64,000 nucleotides of DNA from Corallochytrium limacisporum Hawaii. Lineage: Eukaryota; Protista; Pluriformea. Positions within the stretch are counted from its first letter, which is position 1. The number at the start of each line of letters is the position of its first letter. The notes beneath the pieces were generated by a model. It saw only the letters and a program-made list of their open reading frames with translations, was not told where the DNA came from and ran no database searches. Where the stretch lies: positions 62,001 to 126,000 of the forward strand of contig PDIP01000026.1 of the NCBI GenBank assembly GCA_002811645.1, given 5' to 3'. The position numbers and the translations under genes are program-made. Below, one piece after another: positions 57,901-64,000 of this stretch.

Positions 57901-59707
57901 CTATGGAAATGGCCATCAGATGAAGTATTCGAATAGGTCTATTAAGCATACCTGAAAGAATATATCACAGTTCGATACTTAATATATTGATATTATTAGC
58001 CTTACTTATGGCCCAATGTACAAATGCCTTAATTGCCCTCTATTTCGGGCTTCCCCAACCCTTTCCACCCCGAAATTCCCCTAATTTTGGCCCTTTTTGG
58101 TACATTAAGTACTGGACCCTTCGTGGGGCGATTTTGGGCCCCTGGGGCAAAGATCTCGCGCTCAAACAGCCGAAGGATAACTTTTCGGTACTGAACATAT
58201 GACATTTTCTTGCACTTTGTGGTCCAAAGTAGTTCCGCGGTGACCCTGACCCGACGGACCGTGCCAAGTTGTCCAGTGTTTTGCCTTCTCTTCAGTACTC
58301 AATCAATGGCAAATAGAGTCCTGGGCCAAAGAGGCGCGACAAATTTGAATTCTTCCTGAAAGGCCGCCGGCCAGGTCTGCGAATCGCAAAATTCTCAGAT
58401 AGGTCTTGAAGTCCTTGAACAGGTATTTTTATATATTAAATGCATTGCATAATTTTATTCGAATTATTAATTTGCTTTACATCGAAGTTACAATTTTTCG
58501 TGCAAAATCTCCCACACCATTTGTATGGAAACGTCTTTTTTTCTCTGCCACGGACGTTATAAAAAGGAAAAACAAAAAAAAAAGTGGCAAACTGTGGGAC
58601 CACTTGCTAAGGGTGCTTCTGGTTCCCCCCCCCGCCCTTTCTCCTTGCTCGCTCCCGATGCCCTTCTTTTCTTTCCTTTTTGAGTTTCTCAAGGTGCTCT
58701 GGGTTCGAAGGGTGCAACAAAAAATGTTGCACCTGCTCCCAAGGGGGAGATTTTTGCGAAGAATTTCAGTACTGAGGAGAGAGATACACGGATGTCGCGT
58801 GGGGCTGAGACAAGATGGTGCGAATTATGGCCGACTAAGGATCTGAAACTGAGATAGGTCTAAATTCACATCGCGTAGCAAAATATATGATCAATATATT
58901 GGCCTTTCTAGGAGATTTGGACATATTCAACCCCCAAATTCGTACATAATTTGGGGTATGTGCCTGATTTTATTGTCGGAACCTTCTCGTACTGAATATA
59001 CTACACATTCTTGAAAGTATTGACAATATGAACTGTTGCTGAGACCACTTGGTCCCCGACACACTATAGGTCTCAATACTCCTCATATGCGACAATCCAT
59101 ACTAACTGCATGATCTTTTTTTTTCAATTGTGCAGAAAAAATAGTGGGCAAAGGTTATGGTTCCCTGCCTCGCAAGTACGAGATCTACCTCATAAGAGCA
59201 TTGACGATTTCAATACTTTCCGTCTCCAGTACAAACTATATTGAGATTCGTTTCAAACTGCATGGTCCCAACAGCGAAGGGACCAGGCCCCCATGGGAGC
59301 GGGGATCCCTGGTAAAACTGGGAGGGGAGGCACACAAAGGGGAAAATAGTTAGTATTGGCTTGCAAGGGCTAGTTTGCCAGGGCGAACAAGGGGAGACGG
59401 GAGGTGGGAACAGGGGGGGAGGCAGACGGGCTGGAGTCGACCTGCGATTGATGGCATTTGGGGTTCCCAGACCAAAGCGGCGATGCAGTCCTTTGCACGG
59501 TCCCAGACCCGTGCACAGTCTTGGGATGGATTGGTCGGGAACTGTCGAAGGTGATGCCACCTCGGAGTTTGCCACCAGGTGAGACTTGAGACGTGCCTCT
59601 GCTGCTACTTGAGACTTTCAGGACATCCAACCGTTCAAGACTTTCGACTGCACCATCATAAGAGTCTCGGGACTAAAGTCTTAAAGCTTATCTGCAAATA
59701 CATTAAC

Positions 59708-60193
59708 ATGTCGCTGGTCGTAGCTCCTTTCGCCGTCGCCGACGGTATCATGACTGCTAATGCTATGGAGAGCATCGAGGAGATCGATATCCTTCCCGCC
59801 CTCATGCAGCAGATCCTTGCCCTTCTGAAGGCTGGTCAGCGCAAGGCTTCTTCCATGCGTGCCATGGAAAACGAGGATGAGGAAGAAGAGGAAGAGGAAG
59901 AGGAAGAAGAGGAGGAAGAAGAGGAAGACGACGATGAAGAAGAGGAAGAAGACGACGATGAAGAAGAGGAAGAGGAGGAAGATGATGATGATGAAGAGGA
60001 AGACGAGGAAGAAGACGATGAGGAAGAAGACGATGACGATGAGGAAGAGGACGACGACGAAGAAGAGGATGACGATGATGAGGAAGAAGACGACGATGAG
60101 GAAGAGGAAGAAGAGGAAGAGGAAGACGATGATGAAGAAGAGGAAGAGGACGATGATGATGATGAGCCCGCCGCGAAGAAGGCCAAGAAGTAA
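59708..60193 (+). CDS. Small polyacidic nuclear protein, 161 aa: short N-terminal domain, 98-residue D/E tract, C-terminal NLS-like PAAKKAKK
   Basis: ATG at 59708. The tract mixes GAA/GAG/GAT/GAC codons in one frame and ends in a basic motif before TAA. Confidence 0.8.
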   Translation: MSLVVAPFAVADGIMTANAMESIEEIDILPALMQQILALLKAGQRKASSMRAMENEDEEEEEEEEEEEEEEEEDDDEEEEEDDDEEEEEEEDDDDEEEDEEEDDEEEDDDDEEEDDDEEEDDDDEEEDDDEEEEEEEEEDDDEEEEEDDDDDEPAAKKAKK

Positions 60194-61123
60194 ATGCCAT
60201 TATCTAGCAATTAGACTCAACATCCCTGAACGGGATCGGTCCCATGTTCAGCAGATGATCGCAGTACATCATCGTTCCTTTGCTCTACACTCCATGGTCA
60301 CATCAGCATCAGGTGTATACACAGTTAACATGCACGGTTGCAGCAAAGCCAAACCATATCCCAGTATTTGACATGGTCCGGCATCTAAACTAAATTACAT
60401 AGCCACACGCAGAGACATGTCATGGCACCACTCTCTAATAGCAAATACACCAGATACTACTGTTTCCGTACATTCAGTAACTGATTAAGACCTGTTATTC
60501 AATGATTGAAATGTCCTCACATGTCCGTATATTATTTGCATTTACAAAGAGTGGAAGGGCTTAATTTTTTTAAATGTCCGTATGTAATTTAAGCCTGTCA
60601 ATACTGAATGTATATGGCCGCACTACGTGTCGCTGGCGGAGATGCGGCAAGGGCACCGGGAGCGATGACGAGTCGCCAGATTCCTATTACGGAACAGATT
60701 AGTAGGGTCTCGAAGGGCTCTGAGTGCAACTCTTACCTTTTGGGAGCGCTCCGAGGCCGCCTGCCAAATCGCAGGCGAAACACAGAGAATGCCCTCCCCC
60801 GCTCGGCGCTGCCTATCGGTTGCTGATAATCGAAGTGGACGGTCCTCGAATGCCAAGCCAAATGATTCAATGAAGAAAACTGGAGTTCCAGGTACCCTTC
60901 ATTATCCCAATTGGATGCCGAAACAAAGTCTGGGTACTTGAATCAACTATGTGACGAATGGTTACTTTGTCGTGTGTGAGAATAAGCGAAGAGATATTTT
61001 GCATGACGGCTACACGTATCAGCGACCCCGATATATGACTTTGCACGAACGGTAGTAGAAACCAGTAAGCATGACGTAGACGATCGTTCTTCTGTCAAAG
61101 CGACTTGTTTTCTTCATGACACT

Positions 61124-62452
61124 ATGTCGTCTCCAACAAGAAAGGGCTCCACTACGGAGGTATCATCCATGATGGCTGAAGCTCAGGGCTACGTCAGATC
61201 CTTTGGTTCTGGTTCCCGCATGCGGAGTGAGTCACAAAGTATGCCAGAGGGTGAGGCACTTGAAGAAATCACGGATCAGGAAATCATTAGCTTCAGCCAA
61301 TACACACTAACTGCACAGCGGGCGGTGCTCCTAGGTATGACGTACATATTTAGTGCGGACGATGATGCCCGCATCAGCTATTCTCGGGCTGTATTGAGGC
61401 TGACACGCTCGATCTACTTGAGCTGTACCACGCGCCGTCAAATTGACCCGGTGTTGGAGGGCCCTCGACAGAGCACGTACGCCACAGACTCGGGCTGGGG
61501 CGAAGCATATCGTGCTGTGCAGACGTTCTTTGCCAATGCACATATATTGCAGTTTTATCATACACCCATCACTGGCAAATTGCGTATACATGGCAGCCAG
61601 GAAGACAATGGGGGTGCAGAAGATGCGACAGATTTAGACAGTGAAGGAAAGACTGCGGAGCAGAATGGTGAGTCACCCGTGAGAAAGAAGCAGCGACCGG
61701 AAGAAGACGATGCCTTGACCCCGTACCTTACGCATCCTCCGGGACAGTCGATGGACATTTGGGAAGCCCCGACCCACCTGCGGGACGAACAGGCCGCGGT
61801 CGTCGAGACAATGGTGGGTGATACCTCTAAGGCAGCGCTTGGTATTCACCGCTTATGCCAAGACGGACACAGCGGAATGAGGATTGGCATCACGGAGGCT
61901 CTAGAGCGCGCGATTCAGTGCCTGCGCCTATCGGCAGCTCGACTAGGTACTGCAATCCCACACGTTACGAAAGACGGCATTCTCTACATGGACCAGTTGA
62001 ACAAGACTTTAGCCATTAGCGGTGGCAAGGGAGTGCTGCTAGTGGTACCCATGCCCTCCTCGAGTGATTACAAGCGCAAAGACAAGGCCAACATGCTGGG
62101 TCGTGCGTTCACATTTCCGTATTGCTGCGGAGCCATTGTTGGATGGGGATCTATGTACAGCATGAACTACGGTTATGCATTCAGCATTGTTGATGACAAC
62201 GCACTGGTTGTTCTTAGCACAGACGCCTGCATCAATCAGGTCGACACGGGCAATATCAACGCGTATTTTGCAGAGAAACCAAACGTGGTCAAGTTTGGGG
62301 ATGTTCACGAGGTAGCATATATTGGCTTCCTCATTCAGAGCGAGGAAGCCTTGGACACATTCTTTACGTTCTTGGGCTCCATCAAACCTCCGCTTTTGTC
62401 AGTGTTGGCACGGTCTGGTTATGACGTTCAGGTCGAGGCCAGGGCTTTGTGA
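61124..62452 (+). CDS. ATG4 (peptidase C54)-fold protein lacking catalytic residues (pseudoprotease)
   Basis: ATG4 blocks in order: VLLG.TY, TRR...P, TDSGWGE.YR..Q..FANA, D....LGIH.L...G, DG.LY, VLLVVP, F.FP...G, LVVLSTD, IGF...EE..D.F. Confidence 0.75.
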   Translation: MSSPTRKGSTTEVSSMMAEAQGYVRSFGSGSRMRSESQSMPEGEALEEITDQEIISFSQYTLTAQRAVLLGMTYIFSADDDARISYSRAVLRLTRSIYLSCTTRRQIDPVLEGPRQSTYATDSGWGEAYRAVQTFFANAHILQFYHTPITGKLRIHGSQEDNGGAEDATDLDSEGKTAEQNGESPVRKKQRPEEDDALTPYLTHPPGQSMDIWEAPTHLRDEQAAVVETMVGDTSKAALGIHRLCQDGHSGMRIGITEALERAIQCLRLSAARLGTAIPHVTKDGILYMDQLNKTLAISGGKGVLLVVPMPSSSDYKRKDKANMLGRAFTFPYCCGAIVGWGSMYSMNYGYAFSIVDDNALVVLSTDACINQVDTGNINAYFAEKPNVVKFGDVHEVAYIGFLIQSEEALDTFFTFLGSIKPPLLSVLARSGYDVQVEARAL

Positions 62453-62523
62453 AGGACCAGCAGACTGTATGTGATGTCATTCCTTTTGCCAGCTTTGCGG
62501 ATATGTACCCGGAATAAATGAAA

Positions 62524-64000
62524 CTAGAAGAATAAGTCGAACAGGTCGGGAACTGCACTGCCATCTAGAGACATGCAAGCGCTCGCAAAGTGTGCAAGGA
62601 TGTCCAATAGATGTCCCACAGTGACATGGTGCTCTTCCTCCATATCCGTGTCATCCTCTATCAGACCCAAGAGATCTCTCTCAAAGTCCTCATCCTGGCG
62701 GATGCAGAAAACCAGTTCTTTTACATCAGCCAGACTGGCAGCAATGACCTGTTCGAGAGCTTTGACCTGCCTATTCCCTCCGAAAACCCCAGAACCCCAA
62801 TGTCCCGTGTACACTACTCCTGGCCGCGGCTTCCCTGCAATAGATCGCATCTGGAATGATGCCAGCGCCTTTGCCATATCTCGTTCCCTCGTTGGTTTGC
62901 AAGTTTCATCTGCAAGTCTGCTACCTGGAGGGTCATCCTTGACTGTGCTTAAATCCTTCGCATCCATGAATACAACCCAACGATTCTTGCTGCGTTCCTC
63001 TTCGATTTCCACGTCCGATGATGGTGCAACGTACTCAAGATGCTCGCCGTACCCCTTTGTCAGGCTGGGCAGGACGAACCCAGAGACCGTGATCACTTCT
63101 TCGTCACCCATTGGTGGCGCCAGTAAGGCTACCAGGGCAAGTTCAGGCGCATTGCCAATCAAACACTCTTCCTGGCTTCCACCTGGACCCATTGCCGGTG
63201 CCCTGTTAGCGAAACTAACATGCATCGATGGTACTTTCAAACTTGCTGGTGAACTACTAATTTCATCAGCTGGACCTTTCATTCCTACCCGGCGGCTATG
63301 ATCGAATCGCACTCGACAACATTTTGTTTTGAACATTGCCGGGCTGGCAAGGAGGTCGTGAACAGTTTGGATCCTGGTTGCATCGTCATCTGCATCCTTC
63401 ACAGCATCCTTGAAGGGTCCCAGGGTGCTCAGCTTCAAGGTCTGTCGATTGTATGCAACGACCCGTGAAGAGGACGAATGTGCGGATGCCTGCTGCCGAA
63501 AATAGTCAAATAAGCACTTGAGATGGACTTCATTTGCTTTGCTGTCGTTTGCACGCTGTAGGTACACCCGAAAGTCGCGGAAGCGTGTGTCAGTGCCTTG
63601 TTCCCCGTCCGGGCCAGCCTCGAGCGGCAGACCAAGGAACATAAAAGCCAGTAGACGAGCACAGTCCTTGGCCTGCAGACGTAAACTGACATTTTCATCT
63701 GAAGGCAGCACAGGTAAGTGTGGGATCCCTTGCAGTCCATGGTCTGATATTGCCACGCCATAGATTGTCGGCAGTATTTCTGCGAGTCCCGTTTTCTCGT
63801 CCAATTCCCGTAAGTACTCGCGGTCCAATACCGCACCTCGTTTCCCATACTGATTGATTAACCATGCTATGTTGATTTGATCTGCGGAAAGATGATTGAT
63901 GTGGTCCCATTCCTCTTTGTGATCGGCCACGGCCCAGGGCATGGCCACAGCGGAGCGGTGCCATGTCTGATGGACAGGATCCTCTTCTTCTATCACGAGT
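62524..64000 (-). CDS. PARG: Poly(ADP-ribose) glycohydrolase-like protein; 5' end lies beyond the window
   Basis: LKCLFDYF, VSFAN...QEE...PE, GYG, MDA, RD..KA...F and TGHWGSGVFGGN.QVK.L.Q..AA. Frame is open to the window edge. Confidence 0.88.
   Translation of the reverse strand, partial: LVIEEEDPVHQTWHRSAVAMPWAVADHKEEWDHINHLSADQINIAWLINQYGKRGAVLDREYLRELDEKTGLAEILPTIYGVAISDHGLQGIPHLPVLPSDENVSLRLQAKDCARLLAFMFLGLPLEAGPDGEQGTDTRFRDFRVYLQRANDSKANEVHLKCLFDYFRQQASAHSSSSRVVAYNRQTLKLSTLGPFKDAVKDADDDATRIQTVHDLLASPAMFKTKCCRVRFDHSRRVGMKGPADEISSSPASLKVPSMHVSFANRAPAMGPGGSQEECLIGNAPELALVALLAPPMGDEEVITVSGFVLPSLTKGYGEHLEYVAPSSDVEIEEERSKNRWVVFMDAKDLSTVKDDPPGSRLADETCKPTRERDMAKALASFQMRSIAGKPRPGVVYTGHWGSGVFGGNRQVKALEQVIAASLADVKELVFCIRQDEDFERDLLGLIEDDTDMEEEHHVTVGHLLDILAHFASACMSLDGSAVPDLFDLFF

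Noticed and set aside
60610-60940. GC-rich stretch with small hairpins and fragments reminiscent of RNase P RNA (CAGAGAA, TTCAATG, CCCAATT)
   Set aside because: I could not form the P4 pseudoknot pairing; an Infernal search against the nuclear RNase P and MRP models would be needed.
1-64000. CRISPR arrays, rRNA, autonomous transposons or prokaryotic operons
   Set aside because: No repeat-spacer arrays, rRNA signatures or transposase/RT/integrase motifs seen; gene content is eukaryotic.

Overview
Eukaryotic nuclear DNA. The genes are apparently intronless, intergenic DNA is rich in microsatellites and C/G homopolymers, and there are six N-gaps. An animal-type TEAD (TEA plus YAP-binding domain), aladin and a USP1-like gene point to a holozoan. 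The absence of introns suggests a unicellular, intron-poor lineage such as Corallochytrium; this is inference only. Recognisable genes: V-ATPase subunit E, TEAD, an NYC1/NOL (chlorophyll b reductase)-like SDR, PIG-L, a C2H2/AT-hook chromatin protein, a phytochrome photosensory module, aladin, SmD3, a USP1-like deubiquitinase, BDP1, NSF, SNW1/Prp45, two acidic proteins, an ATG4-fold protein and a 5'-truncated PARG. Five observations stand out. (1) The phytochrome has neither bilin-attachment Cys, and its ORF stops inside a still-readable histidine-kinase H-box. (2) A 43-aa ORF below the ORF-track cutoff encodes a signal peptide plus a symmetric six-Cys 19-mer. (3) The ATG4 homologue has all three catalytic residues replaced. 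(4) Two spliceosome proteins have eroded signature motifs. (5) C(n)G(n) palindromes mark promoter regions, and two repeated motifs cluster at 55.4-59.1 kb. All homology calls come from motif recognition by eye; no database searches were run.
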